Shown: piece by piece, positions 63,773 to 64,000 of the stretch | Layout of the letters: every line of letters begins with the position of its first letter | How positions within the stretch are numbered: the first letter of the stretch is position 1 | Notes under the pieces: generated by a model | Databases searched by the model: none | Told to the model about the DNA's origin: nothing | What the model saw: the letters and a program-made list of their open reading frames with translations, nothing else | Made by a program: the position numbers and the translations under genes | Assembly: GCF_021246445.1 (NCBI RefSeq) | Contig: NZ_JAJQXW010000001.1 | Coordinates: forward strand, 744,001 to 808,000 | Origin: Rhabdothermincola salaria | GTDB lineage: Bacteria; Actinomycetota; Acidimicrobiia; Acidimicrobiales; Acidimicrobilacustridaceae | Direction: 5' to 3' | DNA length: 64,000 bases

Positions 63773-64000
63773 CCGTCCCGATCGGCACCGACGAACGCCT
63801 CGCCGCCATCCAGGACGCGCTGGGCGTGGCGGCCCGCCGGGCCAAGGACTTCGCCCTGCACGAGGCTCTCGGCCAGCGGGTCGGCTACAGCCTCGAAGGC
63901 CCGTACTACGCCACCCTTGCACGCCTGGGACTGGGTGGGCCCTGCACCGTCTCACAGCTCGCCGAGGGCCTCGGCCTCGAGCTGTCCACCATCTCGCGAC
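63769..64000 (+). CDS. MarR family regulator (runs off the window end)
   Basis: GTG overlaps the SDR stop; ...LARLGLGGPCTVSQLAEGLGLELSTISR HTH. Confidence 0.8.
   Translation, partial: MTVPIGTDERLAAIQDALGVAARRAKDFALHEALGQRVGYSLEGPYYATLARLGLGGPCTVSQLAEGLGLELSTISR

Overview
Gene-dense, very GC-rich (roughly 70%+ by eye) bacterial chromosome segment. Gene content suggests Actinomycetota, probably Acidimicrobiia (inference). I see about 58 CDS and no rRNA, tRNA, CRISPR array or mobile element. Recognisable modules: nifJ plus a DHODH-like flavoprotein divergent from ppc; ahpC-ahpF-oxyR with an OxyR box; zwf; a K+/H+ antiporter pair; cydAB; an oleA-oleBC-oleD olefin cluster; hrpA; a copper P1B-ATPase with a leaderless promoter; and a fasciclin lipoprotein with a SigK-like promoter. 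The main result is two probable selenoproteins that the ORF track splits at in-frame TGA codons. The first is a PrdB/GrdB-family UxxC protein (31513-32658, +) directly behind cydAB with no PrdA partner in the window. The second is a thioredoxin-fold W-U-G-C protein (59177-60277, -) overlapping a lipoprotein cytochrome c gene. Each TGA falls at a catalytic-Cys position and is followed by a candidate SECIS hairpin. All family calls come from motif recognition by eye; no database searches were run.
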